From: Halomonas salifodinae
Lineage (GTDB): Bacteria; Pseudomonadota; Gammaproteobacteria; Pseudomonadales; Halomonadaceae
Length of the DNA stretch: 64,000 nt
NCBI RefSeq assembly: GCF_039522585.1
Contig: NZ_BAAADR010000010.1
Reading direction: 5' to 3' (one strand)
Shown here piece by piece: positions 22,071-33,988 of the stretch; position 1 is the stretch's first letter, and each line of letters opens with the position of its first letter. The notes beneath the pieces were generated by a model. That model saw only the letters and a list, made by a program, of their open reading frames with translations. It made no database searches and had not been told where the DNA came from. Made by a program: the position numbers and the translations under genes.

Positions 22071-23482
22071 ATGGGCGACATCAGATAGGCGGCGCGGGAG
22101 ATCAGCTTGCGCCACAGGGCACGCCCCTCGATCTCCTCGTAGCCGATGCGCCGGCAGGCGGCGAAGTCCTGCTCCAGCATCAGGCGAACCTCGGCGGCGA
22201 AGCGGCGATCCGGCACGAAGGCGGTGATCTCGAAGTTGAGCCGGAAGGAGCGGTTATCGAGGTTGATGGTCCCCACGCTGGCGCTATGATCGTCGATCAG
22301 CATCACCTTCTGGTGCAGGAAGCCCGGCTGGTAGCGGTAGACCTTGACCCCCGCCTTGAGCATATCCGGCAGGAAGGAGAAGGCCGAGAGGAAGACCAGC
22401 AGATGGTCGGGGCGTTCGGGGATCATGATGCGCACGTCCACCCCACGCATGGCGGCCAGGCGCAGGGCATCCTGGACCCCCTGGTCCGGGACGAAATAGG
22501 GGCTGGTCACCCAGAGCCGTTCCTCGGCGCTATGAATGGCCTGCTGCACCAGCAGGCTGGCGGTGTCCTGGCGATCGGCGGGCCCCGAAGGGACGATCAC
22601 CACGTTCTGGCACTCCTCGCAGGTGCTGCGCGGCTCCCACGCCAGGCTCAACACCTCGTCGGTGGCCCAGTGCCAATCCTCCCAGAAAGCCTCCTGCAGG
22701 CCCAGCACGCTCGGCCCCTCCAGCTTCAGGTGGGTATCCCGCCAGGCACCGTGCCTGGTGCCCTGCCCCAGGTACTCCACGCCCACGTTGAAGCCGCCCA
22801 GCCAGCCCTGATGACCGTCCACCACCAGCACCTTGCGGTGATTGCGGAAATTGAGCTGGAAACGGTGCCGCCAGCCGCGGGAGGAGTTGAAGGCGCTGAC
22901 ATGCACCCCGGCCTCCGTCAGATCCCTGAGGTAACCGTCGCCGAGCTTGTGGCTGCCGATCTCGTCGTAGAGGAAGTAGACCCGCACGCCCCGCTCCGCG
23001 GCTCGCTCCAGGCGGCGCTTCAGCTCATGGCCCAGGGCATCGTCGCGGACGATAAAGAACTGCACCAGCAGATACTCCTCCGCCGCCTCGATACCGGCGA
23101 AGAGGCTTTCGAAGGTGGCCTCGCCATCGATCAGCAGTTGGGCGCGGTTGCCGCTGGTCAGCGGCATCATGGCCAGTTGCTCCACGGCGCGGATATCGCC
23201 ATGACCGGGATCGGCCCGATAGGGCTCCAGGCGCTCCCGGTAGCCGATCAGCACCCGGCGCAGCACGGTGTCGCGCTCGCCCCGGGCGGAGACATAGCCG
23301 TAGAAGCGTGGACGACCGAAGACCCAGTAGGCGGGCAAGGCCACATAGGGAAAGGTGACCAGGGAGATGATCCAGGCCACGGCGCCCTGGGAAGTGCGAC
23401 TGGACATCAGGGCAAGCAGCGCCGACAGGATACCCAGCACATGTATCAGGAAGATACCCAGGCCCAGTAACCAGGCGGTCAT
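22064..23482 (-). CDS. cls: Cardiolipin synthase.
   Basis: Two HKD motifs (HRKVLVVDG and HQKVMLIDD) and N-terminal TM helices. Confidence 0.9.
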   Translation of the reverse strand: MTAWLLGLGIFLIHVLGILSALLALMSSRTSQGAVAWIISLVTFPYVALPAYWVFGRPRFYGYVSARGERDTVLRRVLIGYRERLEPYRADPGHGDIRAVEQLAMMPLTSGNRAQLLIDGEATFESLFAGIEAAEEYLLVQFFIVRDDALGHELKRRLERAAERGVRVYFLYDEIGSHKLGDGYLRDLTEAGVHVSAFNSSRGWRHRFQLNFRNHRKVLVVDGHQGWLGGFNVGVEYLGQGTRHGAWRDTHLKLEGPSVLGLQEAFWEDWHWATDEVLSLAWEPRSTCEECQNVVIVPSGPADRQDTASLLVQQAIHSAEERLWVTSPYFVPDQGVQDALRLAAMRGVDVRIMIPERPDHLLVFLSAFSFLPDMLKAGVKVYRYQPGFLHQKVMLIDDHSASVGTINLDNRSFRLNFEITAFVPDRRFAAEVRLMLEQDFAACRRIGYEEIEGRALWRKLISRAAYLMSPMQ

Positions 23483-23608
23483 GAATGACTCCTTCTACGA
23501 GACGACGGCGGCCCCGCGGCCCCGGCCGCTTCGCTTGCGCAAAGGCGGTCGAGGCCGGCGGGGCCAACCCAAGATATCAGAATAAGCGGCGTCTTATCGC
23601 CTCCGGGC

Positions 23609-25119
23609 TCAGGAAGCCTTGGCGGCGATGATCTCCTTCCACTTGGCGGGCCCGGTCTGGTGCACCGAGGTACCCTGGCTGTCCACCGCCACGGTCACCG
23701 GCATGTCCTCCACCTCGAACTCATAGATGGCTTCCATGCCCAGATCCTCGAAGCCCACCACCCGGGATTGCTTGATGGCCTGGGCCACCAGATAAGCGGC
23801 ACCGCCCACGGCCATCAGATAGACCGCCTGGTTATCGCGGATCGCCTCGATGGCGACCGGGCCACGCTCGGCCTTGCCGACCATGCCCAGCAGGCCGGTC
23901 TCCTCGAGCATGGTGCGGGTGAACTTGTCCATGCGAGTCGCCGTGGTGGGACCGGCCGGCCCCACCACCTCGTCACCCACCGGATCCACCGGGCCCACGT
24001 AATAGATAAAGCGCCCCTTCAGGTCCACCGGCAGCGGCTCGCCCTTGCCGATCATGTCGACCATGCGCTTGTGGGCGGCGTCGCGGCCGGTGAGCAGCTT
24101 GCCGTTGAGCAGCAGGGTGTCGCCGGGCTGCCAGCTCTGCACCTCTTCCGGGGTGACTTCGTCCAGGTTGACGCGCTTGACGTTGTCGCCGGCCTCCCGG
24201 GTGATCTCCGGCCAATCCTCCAGCTTGGGTGCCGGCAGGGCCGCGGGGCCGCTGCCATCCAGGCTGAAGTGGGCGTGACGGGTCGCGGCGCAGTTGGGGA
24301 TGATCGCCACCGGCTTGTTGGCGGCATGGGTCGGATAGTCCTTGACCTTGATATCCAGCACCGTGGTCAGGCCGCCCAGGCCCTGGGCACCGATGCCGCT
24401 CCGGTTGACCTTGTCGAACAGCTCCAGGCGCAGCTCCTCGGCACGGTTGGAAGCGCCGCGGGCCTGCAGCTCCTGGATGTCGATGGGATCGAGCAGCGCC
24501 TCCTTGGCGATCTCCATGGCCTTCTCGGCGGTGCCACCGATGCCGATGCCCAGCATGCCGGGCGGACACCAGCCGGCGCCCATCTTGGGCAGCTGCTCCA
24601 GCACCCAGTCGACCACGTTGTCGGAGGGGTTGAGCATGGCGAACTTGGACTTGGCCTCGCTGCCGCCGCCCTTGGCGGCCACATGCACCTCGACGCTGTC
24701 GCCGGGAACGAGCTTGTGGTGGATGATCGCCGGAGTATTGTCGCCGGTGTTCTTGCGAGCGCCGTCCGGGTCGGCCAGCACCGAGGCGCGCAGCACGTTG
24801 TCGGGGAGCTGGTAGGCGCGACGCACCCCTTCGTTGATCATGTCGTCGAGGCTCATCTCGGCATCCCAGCGCACGTTCATACCGACATGCACGAAGACGG
24901 TGACGATGCCGGTGTCCTGGCAGATCGGACGATGGCCCAGGGCACACATCCGCGAGTTGATCAGGATCTGGGCGATGGCATCCTTGGCCGCCGGATTCTC
25001 CTCCCGCTGGTAGGCTTCATGCATGGCATCGATGAAGTCCTTGGGGTGGTAGTAGGAGATGTACTGGAGGGCGTCGGCCACGCTCTGGATCAGGTCATCC
25101 TGGCGGATCACGGTCATTA
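23609..25119 (-). CDS. fumA: Class I (Fe-S) fumarate hydratase.
   Basis: Fe-S hydro-lyase alpha and beta regions (CQDTGIV...). GGAGGA RBS before ATG MTVIRQ. Confidence 0.9.
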
Positions 25120-25258
25120 GGAGGAACTCCTTGGCTAGTCGGGTCGTGCCTATGGCCGTCGGGTCGCGAGCCATTAGGCGGCGAAGATTATACCCGATCC
25201 CCCCTGCTCACGGTACGGACTTACCCCAAGGTCGCATTGGCATAGGGTGGGCAACCGA

Positions 25259-25273
25259 AAGATAACGGTATAA
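25259..25273. other. 15-mer AAGATAACGGTATAA, copy 1 of 3, in the fumA upstream region.
   Basis: Exact 15/15 match with the copies at 27574 and 50063. Confidence 0.8.
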
Positions 25274-25507
25274 TTTGCGATCCGCTCTCACAGGCTCCCC
25301 ATCCCTCTCGGGTCGCCGCCACGCCAGGGGCCCTAGGTTTTGTACGAAAAGTCGGCGAGCGATGGCCAGACAAGGCAAAAATCGGCGAAAAGACGGACCG
25401 GGCTCGCGTGCGAGTTTACGCGGTGTAAATGAGTACTTTGATCGGACTCGCGCACGAGCCGATTTTTAACGCCGTATGGGCGAGCGCAGGCAGTTTTCGT
25501 ACAGAGC

Positions 25508-27535
25508 CTAGACCGCGCCCAGCGCCAATTGCCGCTCTTTCAGCTCATGGAGACGGTCGCGCAGCCACGCCGCTTCCTCGAACTCCAGGTTCTGGGCCGC
25601 CTCGAACATGGCGTCCTCCAGGCGTGACACCTCCTTGACCAAGGCCTCGGGAGACAGTGCCGCGGGGTCGTAGATACCCTGGGGTTCGGCCACCTTGCGC
25701 TCGCCGCGTCGGCGGCTGCCCTTCTTGCCCGGTGTCTGGGCCGCCTCGAGGATATCGGCCACCGACCGGGTCACCGTCTGCGGGGTGATACCGTGCTCTG
25801 CGTTATGGGCCAGCTGCTTGGCCCGGCGCCGCTCGGTCTCGTCCATGGCACGGCGCATGGAGTCGGTGATGCGATCGCCATAGAGTAGCGCCTTGCCGTT
25901 GGCGTTGCGCGCCGCCCGGCCGATGGTCTGGATCAGCGAGCGTTCGGCGCGCAGGAAGCCCTCCTTGTCCGCATCGAGGATCGCCACCAGGGAGACCTCG
26001 GGAATATCCAGGCCCTCCCGCAGCAGGTTGATCCCCACCAGCACGTCGAACTCGCCGAGGCGCAGGTCGCGGATGATTTCGACCCGCTCCACGGTATCGA
26101 TATCCGAGTGCAGGTAGCGCACCCGCACGCCGTGCTCGTCCAGGTAGTCGGTGAGGTCCTCCGCCATGCGCTTGGTGAGGGTGGTCACCAGCACCCGCTC
26201 CCCCACTGCGGTGCGCAGGTGAATCTCCGAGAGCAGGTCATCCACCTGGGTGGAGGCCGGGCGCACCTCGATCTGCGGGTCGACCAGGCCGGTGGGGCGC
26301 ACCACCTGCTCGACCACCTGGCCGGCGTGCTCCGCCTCATAGTTGCCCGGCGTGGCGGAGACGAAGATGGTCTGGGGGCAGATCGACTCCCACTCCTCGA
26401 ACTTCATGGGGCGATTGTCCAGGGCCGAAGGCAGGCGGAAGCCGTACTCCACCAGGGTCTCCTTGCGGGAACGGTCGCCCTTGTACATGCCCCCCACCTG
26501 GGGAACGCTGACGTGACTCTCGTCGATAAACAGCAGCGCATCGTCCGGCAGGTAGTCGAAGAAGGTGGGCGGCGGCTCCCCGGGATTGCGCCCGGAGAGG
26601 TAGCGGGAGTAGTTCTCGATGCCGTTGCAGTAGCCCAGCTCCAGCATCATCTCCAGGTCATAGTGGGTGCGCTGCTCCAGGCGCTGCGCCTCCACCAGCT
26701 TGTCGTGCTTTCTCAACCAGTCGAGGCGCTCCACGAGCTCCGCCTTGATCGACTCGGTGGCCTCGAGAATGGTCTCCCGGGGCGTCACATAGTGACTCTT
26801 GGGGTAGATGGTCATGCGCGGCACCTGCCCCCGCACCTCGCCGGTCAGGGGATCGAAGAGGCGAATGGAGTCGATCTCGTCGTCGAAGAGCTCCACCCGC
26901 ACCGCCTCGTCCTCGGCGTCCGCCGGGAAGATATCGATCACATCGCCGCGCACCCGATAGGTGCCGCGCCGGAAGTCCATGTCGTTGCGGGTGTACTGCA
27001 GCTCCGCCAGGCGGCGCAGGAAATCGCGCTGATGGATCAGCTCGCCGCGGGTGAAGTGCAGGCGCATCTTGAGGTACTGGTCGGGGTCACCCAGGCCGTA
27101 AATCGCCGACACCGAGACCACGATCAGCGCATCGCGCCGCTCCAGCAGCGCCTTGGTGGCGGAGAGACGCATCTGCTCGATATGGTCGTTGATCGAGGCG
27201 TCCTTCTCGATAAAGGTGTCCGAGGCGGGCACATAGGCCTCGGGCTGGTAATAGTCGTAGTAGGAGACGAAGTACTCGACGGCGTTATCGGGAAAGAAGG
27301 CCTTGAACTCGCCGTAGAGCTGGGCCGCCAGGGTCTTGTTGGGCGCCATGACGATGGTCGGACGCTGCAACCGCTCCACCACATTGGCCATGGTGAAGGT
27401 CTTGCCGGAGCCGGTCACCCCCAGCAGCGTCTGATGCGCGAGCCCCGCCTTCAGCCCCCCGACCAGTCCATCGATGGCCGCGGGCTGATCGCCGGCGGGC
27501 TGGAACTTGGATGCCAGTCGAAAGGGCTTGCTCAT
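25508..27535 (-). CDS. uvrB: Excinuclease ABC subunit B.
   Basis: Walker A GVTGSGKT, helicase motifs and a C-terminal UvrB/UvrC interaction domain. 675 aa. Confidence 0.95.
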   Translation of the reverse strand: MSKPFRLASKFQPAGDQPAAIDGLVGGLKAGLAHQTLLGVTGSGKTFTMANVVERLQRPTIVMAPNKTLAAQLYGEFKAFFPDNAVEYFVSYYDYYQPEAYVPASDTFIEKDASINDHIEQMRLSATKALLERRDALIVVSVSAIYGLGDPDQYLKMRLHFTRGELIHQRDFLRRLAELQYTRNDMDFRRGTYRVRGDVIDIFPADAEDEAVRVELFDDEIDSIRLFDPLTGEVRGQVPRMTIYPKSHYVTPRETILEATESIKAELVERLDWLRKHDKLVEAQRLEQRTHYDLEMMLELGYCNGIENYSRYLSGRNPGEPPPTFFDYLPDDALLFIDESHVSVPQVGGMYKGDRSRKETLVEYGFRLPSALDNRPMKFEEWESICPQTIFVSATPGNYEAEHAGQVVEQVVRPTGLVDPQIEVRPASTQVDDLLSEIHLRTAVGERVLVTTLTKRMAEDLTDYLDEHGVRVRYLHSDIDTVERVEIIRDLRLGEFDVLVGINLLREGLDIPEVSLVAILDADKEGFLRAERSLIQTIGRAARNANGKALLYGDRITDSMRRAMDETERRRAKQLAHNAEHGITPQTVTRSVADILEAAQTPGKKGSRRRGERKVAEPQGIYDPAALSPEALVKEVSRLEDAMFEAAQNLEFEEAAWLRDRLHELKERQLALGAV

Positions 27536-27573
27536 GCTGTTGCCTCCATCAGGGTGCCAAAGGAGCGTCTCTC

Positions 27574-27588
27574 AAGATAACGGTATAA
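27574..27588. other. 15-mer AAGATAACGGTATAA, copy 2 of 3, 38 bp upstream of the uvrB start.
   Basis: Exact match to the other two copies. Confidence 0.8.
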
Positions 27589-27601
27589 GGCGACAAGGGG
27601 G

Positions 27602-27799
27602 CTACTTGGCCTCGACCCCGAGCTTCTTGACCTCGCCGATCAGCGCCTGGCGACTGACCCGCCCCTCCACTTCGGCGCCATGACGCCCCACCTCGACGCT
27701 TTCGACGCCCTCCATCATCATCAGGGCGGTGGTGATACGGTTGATCAGTTCGACGTCTTCGACGCCCTCGAATTCCAGAGAGTAGTGAGCCATGGCCAC
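27602..27799 (-). CDS. Hypothetical 65-aa protein.
   Basis: ORF with a plausible start. Tentative resemblance to the ferredoxin-like HMA fold, with no Cys. No homology confirmed. Confidence 0.3.
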   Translation of the reverse strand: MAMAHYSLEFEGVEDVELINRITTALMMMEGVESVEVGRHGAEVEGRVSRQALIGEVKKLGVEAK

Positions 27800-27972
27800 A
27801 CCTTGCTGTCGGAGGGAAAGACGCCCAGTTTACCATGGCCGCGGCGTCGGCTTGAGCCCCGATGCCCAGGGCTCGCCGATGTCGATAGCAAGAAACCGAG
27901 GATCGGCCCGGGAGAGCGCCTGCGGTATCATGGCCTGATGATGACGACGCATCGCCGACTAGGGAGATCCCG

Positions 27973-29010
27973 ATGATTGATTGGAGCATTTTGGACGAGG
28001 CCCGGCTGCTCGATGCCGAGCGTCTCGACTTCCCCACCCCCGAACCGGCCCGGCGCGCCCTGGACGCCACGGTGGTTGCCCCGCTCGCCCACCTGGGCGT
28101 GCTGGAGGTCGGCGGCGCCGATTCGGCGCGCTTCCTGCAGGGCCAAGCCAGCGCCCAGGTCGACCTGGCCGATGGCGACTTCGCCCCCCTGACCTGCTTC
28201 TGCTCCGCCAAGGGACGCATGCTGGCCAATGCTCAGTTGCTGCGCCGCTCGGAGCATAGCTACTGGCTGATCCTCTCCCGGGACCTGGTGACGCCCCTGG
28301 CGGAGCACCTGGGCAAGTTCGCCCCCTTCTACAAGACCAGCCTGACGCCCCGGGACGATATCGCCCTGCTGGGGCTGATCGGCCAGGAGGCGCCGGCCCT
28401 GGCGGAGGCCCGGCTGGATATCGTGCCACCGGCGACCTGGCATCAGGTGGTTCATGACGATCTGCTGGTGCTGCGCCACCCGGGGCCACGCCCGCGGCTG
28501 CTGCTCGCCCTGCCCGAGGCACGCCTCGCCGAGACCTGGCGGGGCCTTAGCGCCCAGGCCCTGCCGGTGGGCAATGCCATCTGGCGCCTGCACGATATTC
28601 AGGCAGGCCTGGCCTGGATTCGCGCCGAGCAGGCCGACGCCTATCTGCCGCAGATGGTCAACTGGGAGGCCCTGGGCGGCATCAGCTTCAAGAAGGGCTG
28701 TTATACCGGCCAGGAGGTGGTGGCCCGGGCGCATTTCCGCGGTCAGGTAAAGAAGCGCCTGGTGCGCGCCCAACTGGAAGGCGACAAGCTGCCGGCAGCG
28801 GGGAGTGCGGTAGAGGATGCCACCGGCAAGGCCATGGGGGACGTGCTCTCCGCGGAACTGGACGCCTATGGCCAGGCAGAGATCCTGGCGGTGCTCAGCA
28901 CCAAGGAGGACCCGGGCCCCTTGACGGTGGAGGGTCAGGCCCTCAAGCGCCTCAAGCTGCCCTACGCCATCGAGCGCCTCGATCCCGAGTCCCTGGCCGA
29001 CAAGGGCTGA
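27973..29010 (+). CDS. ygfZ: YgfZ tRNA-modifying / Fe-S cluster repair folate-binding protein.
   Basis: GcvT-like fold. Confidence 0.8.
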   Translation: MIDWSILDEARLLDAERLDFPTPEPARRALDATVVAPLAHLGVLEVGGADSARFLQGQASAQVDLADGDFAPLTCFCSAKGRMLANAQLLRRSEHSYWLILSRDLVTPLAEHLGKFAPFYKTSLTPRDDIALLGLIGQEAPALAEARLDIVPPATWHQVVHDDLLVLRHPGPRPRLLLALPEARLAETWRGLSAQALPVGNAIWRLHDIQAGLAWIRAEQADAYLPQMVNWEALGGISFKKGCYTGQEVVARAHFRGQVKKRLVRAQLEGDKLPAAGSAVEDATGKAMGDVLSAELDAYGQAEILAVLSTKEDPGPLTVEGQALKRLKLPYAIERLDPESLADKG

Positions 29011-29028
29011 GTCCCGCCGGGCGGCTCG

Positions 29029-29820
29029 CTAACCGCGCGGCAGCCGCTCGGGGCCGAAGAGCCGTCGAACGGTGGCGGTGCTATCCGCCGCCACCCGCGC
29101 CACCGATTGCCCTCGCAGCCTGGCTACCTGGTGACACACCTCCAGGACGCGGGCCGGCTCGTTGCGCTCCCCGCGATGCCCCGCCGGGGGCATATCGGGG
29201 CTATCGGTCTCCAGCACATAGCCATCGTCCGGTAGCGAAGCCACGGCGCGATGCAAGCGCTGGGCGCGTTCATGGGTCAGGGCGCCGCCCAGCCCCACCA
29301 CGAAGCCCAGGTCGATAAAGTGCCTGGCCTGCTGGGGCGAGCCGGCGAAGGCATGGATCAGCCCACCGGCGGGCGGCGCCAGCTCACGCAGCCGCTTGGC
29401 CACCTCGTCATTGACGCGAACGCAGTGAATCACCAGGGGCAGGTGGTGCGCCTTGGCCAGGCGCACCTGGGCCTCGAAGAGCCGCCACTGGGCGTCCAGG
29501 GTCTCACTGAGGCGCCCATCCACGCCGCACTCCCCCACCGCCACGATCGGCGGACCGACGCTTCGGGCCGCCAGGGCCTCCGCCAGGGCGTCCAGGTCGT
29601 CATCGCCGTGCTCGTCGATAAAGTAGGGATGCAGGCCCAGGCAGACGCTGACGTCGTCACGACGTCCCAGCGCCAGCACGCCCGGCCAGCGGGCCCGGGT
29701 GGTGCCGGGCACCACGATATGCTTGACGCCGGCGGCATGCGCCCGCGCCAGCACCGCCTCGCGGTCGGCGTCGAAGTCGGGGAAGTCGAGGTGGCAGTGG
29801 GCGTCGATCAACATAGCCAT
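29029..29820 (-). CDS. TatD-family metal-dependent hydrolase/DNase.
   Basis: N-terminal IDAHCHLDF and C-terminal LLETDSP TatD motifs. Confidence 0.85.
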   Translation of the reverse strand: MAMLIDAHCHLDFPDFDADREAVLARAHAAGVKHIVVPGTTRARWPGVLALGRRDDVSVCLGLHPYFIDEHGDDDLDALAEALAARSVGPPIVAVGECGVDGRLSETLDAQWRLFEAQVRLAKAHHLPLVIHCVRVNDEVAKRLRELAPPAGGLIHAFAGSPQQARHFIDLGFVVGLGGALTHERAQRLHRAVASLPDDGYVLETDSPDMPPAGHRGERNEPARVLEVCHQVARLRGQSVARVAADSTATVRRLFGPERLPRG

Positions 29821-29895
29821 AAGCTACAAGGGGCAAGCGCCAAGGAGCAAGGATGGCGCTCCCGGGCACTGGCCCCTCGAGGCTCGACGCTTCGC

Positions 29896-31485
29896 TTAGT
29901 GCTCCCGGGTCGGCTGGAAGCGGATCTCCGGCCAGCGCTCCTGGGTCATCTGCAGATTGACCCGGGTGGGGGCGATATAGGTGAGGTAGCCGCCGCCGTC
30001 GATGGCCAGGTTGGCGCTGGCCTTGCGCTTGAACTCCTCGAGCTTCCTGGCGTCGTCGCTATAGACCCAGCGGGCGGTCTGGACGTTCACCGCCTCGTAG
30101 ACGCAATCGACCTTGTACTCCTCCTTGAGGCGGTGGGCCACCACGTCGAACTGTAGGCTACCCACGGCACCGAGGATCAGGTCGTTGTTGACCAGCGGCA
30201 TGAACAGCTGGGTAGCGCCCTCCTCGGAGAGCTGCTGCAGCCCCTTCTGCAGCGCCTTCATCTTCAGCGGATCCTTGAGCTGGACGCGCTTGAAGAGCTC
30301 CGGGGCAAAGTGGGGGATGCCGGTGAAGCGCATGTCCTCGCCCAGGGTGAAGGTATCACCGATCTGGATGGTGCCGTGGTTGTGCAGGCCGATGATATCG
30401 CCGGACCAGGCCTCTTCCACCTGGGAGCGGTCCGAGGCCATAAAGGTCAGGGCGTCGGCGATCTTGACGTCCTTGCCGAGACGCACATGGCGCATCTTCA
30501 TGTTCTTCTCGTACTTGCCGGAGCAGACCCGCAGGAAGGCGATGCGATCCCGGTGCTTGAGATCCATGTTGGCCTGGATCTTGAACACGAAGCCGGTGAA
30601 GCGACCGTCCTCGGCCTCCACCGTACGGGCATCGGTCTCCCGGGGCTGGGGCGCCGGCGCATACTCCACGAAGCCGTCGAGCATCTCGCGCACCCCGAAG
30701 TTGCCCATGGCGGTGCCGAAATAGACCGGGGTCAGCTCGCCGCGGCGATAGGCTTCCAGGTCGAACTCGTGGGAGGCACCGCGTACCAGCTCCACCTCCA
30801 TGCGCAGCTCCTCGGCCTGATCCTCGCCGAGCACTTCGTCCACCTCGGGATTATCGAGTCCCTCGATGCGCCTGTCCTCGGGAATGCGGTTGCCCTGCCC
30901 CTGGGTATAGAGGTGGATGGTGTCGTTGTAGAGGTGGTAGACGCCCTTGAAGTGGCGACCCATGCCGATGGGCCAGGTCATCGGCGCGCACTGGATATTG
31001 AGCACCGTCTCCACCTCGTCCATCACCTCGATGGGATCGCGGATATCCCGGTCCATCTTGTTGATAAAGGTGAGGATCGGCGTGGTGCGCAGGCGACACA
31101 CCTCCATCAGCTTGATGGTGCGCGCCTCGACGCCCTTGGCGCCGTCGATCACCATCAGCGCCGAGTCCACCGCGGTCAGGGTGCGGTAGGTATCCTCGGA
31201 GAAGTCCTCGTGACCCGGGGTATCGAGCAGGTTGACGATGCGCCCGCCATAGGGGAACTGCATCACCGAGGTGGTCACCGAGATGCCCCGCTCCTGCTCC
31301 ATCTTCATCCAGTCGGAGGTGGCGTGGCGGTCGGCGCGCTTGCTCTTCACCGACCCGGCCAGCTGGATGGCGTTTCCGAACAGCAGCATCTTCTCGGTGA
31401 TGGTGGTCTTGCCCGCATCCGGGTGCGAGATGATCGCGAAAGTCCTACGAAGCCCGACCTCATGGGCCAGCTGTTGCTCTGTCAT
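29896..31485 (-). CDS. prfC: Peptide chain release factor 3.
   Basis: GTPase motifs ([20 protein letters not shown]). Start at MTEQQLAHE. Confidence 0.9.
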   Translation of the reverse strand: MTEQQLAHEVGLRRTFAIISHPDAGKTTITEKMLLFGNAIQLAGSVKSKRADRHATSDWMKMEQERGISVTTSVMQFPYGGRIVNLLDTPGHEDFSEDTYRTLTAVDSALMVIDGAKGVEARTIKLMEVCRLRTTPILTFINKMDRDIRDPIEVMDEVETVLNIQCAPMTWPIGMGRHFKGVYHLYNDTIHLYTQGQGNRIPEDRRIEGLDNPEVDEVLGEDQAEELRMEVELVRGASHEFDLEAYRRGELTPVYFGTAMGNFGVREMLDGFVEYAPAPQPRETDARTVEAEDGRFTGFVFKIQANMDLKHRDRIAFLRVCSGKYEKNMKMRHVRLGKDVKIADALTFMASDRSQVEEAWSGDIIGLHNHGTIQIGDTFTLGEDMRFTGIPHFAPELFKRVQLKDPLKMKALQKGLQQLSEEGATQLFMPLVNNDLILGAVGSLQFDVVAHRLKEEYKVDCVYEAVNVQTARWVYSDDARKLEEFKRKASANLAIDGGGYLTYIAPTRVNLQMTQERWPEIRFQPTREH

Positions 31486-31715
31486 TATCCAGTATCGCTT
31501 ATTTGCTCTCACCCCCGCGCTCGGACAAACCGTGGCCGGGGCGATAGGTGACGGTTGGCGCGCATTGTATCGCGGCACCCCCGGGCTTGTCGCCAGGACC
31601 GCTTGGCGGGCGCCTCGGCAGCAAAAAGCCGCCCGGCTGGGCGGCTCAGACTGAAAGATTGGCGATTGAGGGGACGATATTCGATGGCCCCCGGCCGCCC
31701 GGTGCAGGGGCGCCC

Positions 31716-32243
31716 TTACTCCGCGGGCTTGGCGGTGGCCTGGTCGAGAAACTCTTCGCTGAGGTAGAGCTCGTCGTTGCTGTTGACGCTGACGCCGCGG
31801 GCGATGATCTGCTCGGCGATGGCCTTGGCCTCGTCCAGGGAGTGCATGGTGTAGGTGCCGCACTGGTACTCGTTGAGCTCGGGGATCCGGTCCATGCCGG
31901 GCACCTGGAGCACGTCCTGCATGGCGGCCTTCCAGGCCTCGGCGACTCGAGCCTCCTCGGGGGTGCCGATCAGGCTCATGTAGAAACCGGTGCGGCAGCC
32001 CATGGGCGAGATATCGATGATCTCCACACCATCGCCGTTGAGATGATCACGCATAAAGCCGGCGAAGAGGTGCTCCAGGGTATGGATGCCCTTCTCCGAG
32101 AGCAGCTCCTCGTTGGGTACGCAGAAGCGCAGGTCATAGACGGTGATGGGGTCGCCGGAGGGGGTCTGCATGGTCTTGGCGATGCGCACCGCCGGGGCCT
32201 GCATACGGGTATGATCGACGCGAAAACTGTCCAGCAGGGGCAT
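31716..32243 (-). CDS. luxS: S-ribosylhomocysteine lyase LuxS.
   Basis: Metal-binding HTLEHL motif and a conserved C-terminal region. 175 aa. Confidence 0.9.
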   Translation of the reverse strand: MPLLDSFRVDHTRMQAPAVRIAKTMQTPSGDPITVYDLRFCVPNEELLSEKGIHTLEHLFAGFMRDHLNGDGVEIIDISPMGCRTGFYMSLIGTPEEARVAEAWKAAMQDVLQVPGMDRIPELNEYQCGTYTMHSLDEAKAIAEQIIARGVSVNSNDELYLSEEFLDQATAKPAE

Positions 32244-32331
32244 TGAAACGCTTCCTTATCCTGGTCGGATCGACGAATGGGGTAACTGGAGTGCTATGGT
32301 AACGCCATCGTTACCCACAAGGAACTCACCC

Positions 32332-32775
32332 ATGGAGTGGAACCCCGCCTATCTCTGGCTGCTGCTGGCGCTGGCCCTGGGCGTCGCCGAACTGCTCTCC
32401 GGCGGGCTGATCCTGCTGGCCCTGGCGCTGGCCGCCGGCCTCACCGCCCTGGCGGCCCTGACCGGCGCCGGCCTCAGCCTGCAGTTGCTGACCCTGGGGC
32501 TGGCCTCGGGGATCCTGGTGCCCCTGGCCATCAAGGTGATCAAGCCGCGTTTCTCGCCCCGGGGCGTCGCCTATGGCACCACCGGCACCGGGGTGGAACG
32601 CGGGCGGCACTACCCGGTCCTGCGGCGCGACTTCGACGGCGCCAGCGGCATCAAGATCAACGGCGACTTCTACCGTATCCGCCTGCCCGATGGTACCACC
32701 GACCTGCCGGAGGGCACCCGGGTGACCTTCCGGGCCTTCGACGGCACCACCGCCCAGGTCACCCTGGACGACTGA
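32332..32775 (+). CDS. NfeD-family membrane protein (partner of the SPFH protein).
   Basis: N-terminal TM helices plus a C-terminal OB-like beta domain. Immediately upstream of the SPFH gene. Confidence 0.7.
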   Translation: MEWNPAYLWLLLALALGVAELLSGGLILLALALAAGLTALAALTGAGLSLQLLTLGLASGILVPLAIKVIKPRFSPRGVAYGTTGTGVERGRHYPVLRRDFDGASGIKINGDFYRIRLPDGTTDLPEGTRVTFRAFDGTTAQVTLDD

Positions 32776-32802
32776 GTTTTCCCCCACGCAAGGAGCAAGA
32801 CC

Positions 32803-33834
32803 ATGGAACTGATTTCCCCCGGGTTGATTGCGGCCCTGATGATCGTGGCGATCGGCGTGCTGATCGTCGCCAAGGGGCTGGTGATCGTGCGCCAGTCCGA
32901 GGTGATGGTGATCGAGCGCCTGGGCTCCTTCAACCGGGTGCTCGAGAGCGGCATCAATATCATCGTCCCCTTTATCGACCAGCCCCGCGCCATCACCATG
33001 ATCCGCTACCGCAAGATGGGCGACGAGTACCACCCCATCACCAGCAGCGAGACGCGCATCGACCGCCGCGAGACGGTAATGGACTTCCCCGGCCAGCCGG
33101 TGGTGACCACCGACAACGTCACGGTGAATATCAACGGCGCCCTCTACTATCAGGTCATCGATCCCAAGCGCGCCGTCTACGAGGTGGAGAACATGAGCCA
33201 GGCGGTGGAGGTGCTGGCCAAGACCACCCTGCGCTCGGTGGTAGGCAAGATGGAGCTCGACAAGCTCTTCGAGTCCCGCGCCGAGGTCAACAACGAGATC
33301 CAGGCCGCCATGGAGGAGGCCGCCTCCAAGTGGGGGGTGAAGATCTCCCGGGTCGAGGTGCAGGATATCGCCATGCCCGAGGAGGTGGAGTCGGCCATGC
33401 GCCTGCAGATGGCCGCCGAGCGCAAGCGCCGCGCCACCGTCACCGAGGCCGAGGGCGAGAAGGCCGCCGCCATCGCCATGGCCCAGGGCCAGCGCGAGTC
33501 GGCGATCCTCAACGCCCAGGGCGACAAGGAATCTGCCATTCTGCGTGCCCAGGGCGAGCAGGAGTCGATCAAGCTGGTGCTTAGCGCCATCGGCGACAGC
33601 GAGGAGAACAAGCGCACCGTGGTCGGCTACCTGCTGGGGCAGAGCTATATCAAGGCGCTGCCGACCATGGCCCAGGAGGGCGAACGGGTCTTCGTGCCCT
33701 ATGAATCCAGCGCCCTGCTGGGCTCCATGGGCATGTTCCGCGAGATGGCGGGCAGTCCCGAGGAGGCCCTGACCAAGGCCGGCGAACGCCGCGGCCTGGC
33801 CGGCGGCATGCTGGGTGCCAGCGCCGGGGAGTAA
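32803..33834 (+). CDS. SPFH/band 7 (stomatin/paraslipin-like) protein.
   Basis: N-terminal TM helix, an SPFH domain (VRQSEVMVIERLG...) and coiled-coil repeats. Confidence 0.85.
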   Translation: MELISPGLIAALMIVAIGVLIVAKGLVIVRQSEVMVIERLGSFNRVLESGINIIVPFIDQPRAITMIRYRKMGDEYHPITSSETRIDRRETVMDFPGQPVVTTDNVTVNINGALYYQVIDPKRAVYEVENMSQAVEVLAKTTLRSVVGKMELDKLFESRAEVNNEIQAAMEEAASKWGVKISRVEVQDIAMPEEVESAMRLQMAAERKRRATVTEAEGEKAAAIAMAQGQRESAILNAQGDKESAILRAQGEQESIKLVLSAIGDSEENKRTVVGYLLGQSYIKALPTMAQEGERVFVPYESSALLGSMGMFREMAGSPEEALTKAGERRGLAGGMLGASAGE

Positions 33835-33988
33835 TTCCAGGACTTGGCTTGACCACCCACCCGCGCCGGGATTCCTCGGTGCGGGTGCGACAACCTGCCC
33901 CGGTCCCAGGCCCACCCCCAGGCCCGCGGGCCACGCCGAGCGCTCCGGCATTGCGGTATCATGGGGCCACCGATCGGATGGAGCCCCT

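Noticed and set aside
21937-22227. 96-aa plus-strand ORF and 108-aa minus-strand ORF (21789..22115) across the 69-bp tandem array.
   Set aside because: Repetitive translation generated by the tandem repeat. No start context.
26108-27580. 490-aa ORF on the plus strand.
   Set aside because: Antisense to uvrB. GC-rich shadow ORF.
27536-27601. LexA/SOS box upstream of uvrB.
   Set aside because: No CTGT-N8-ACAG-type palindrome present. Only the AAGATAACGGTATAA 15-mer was found.
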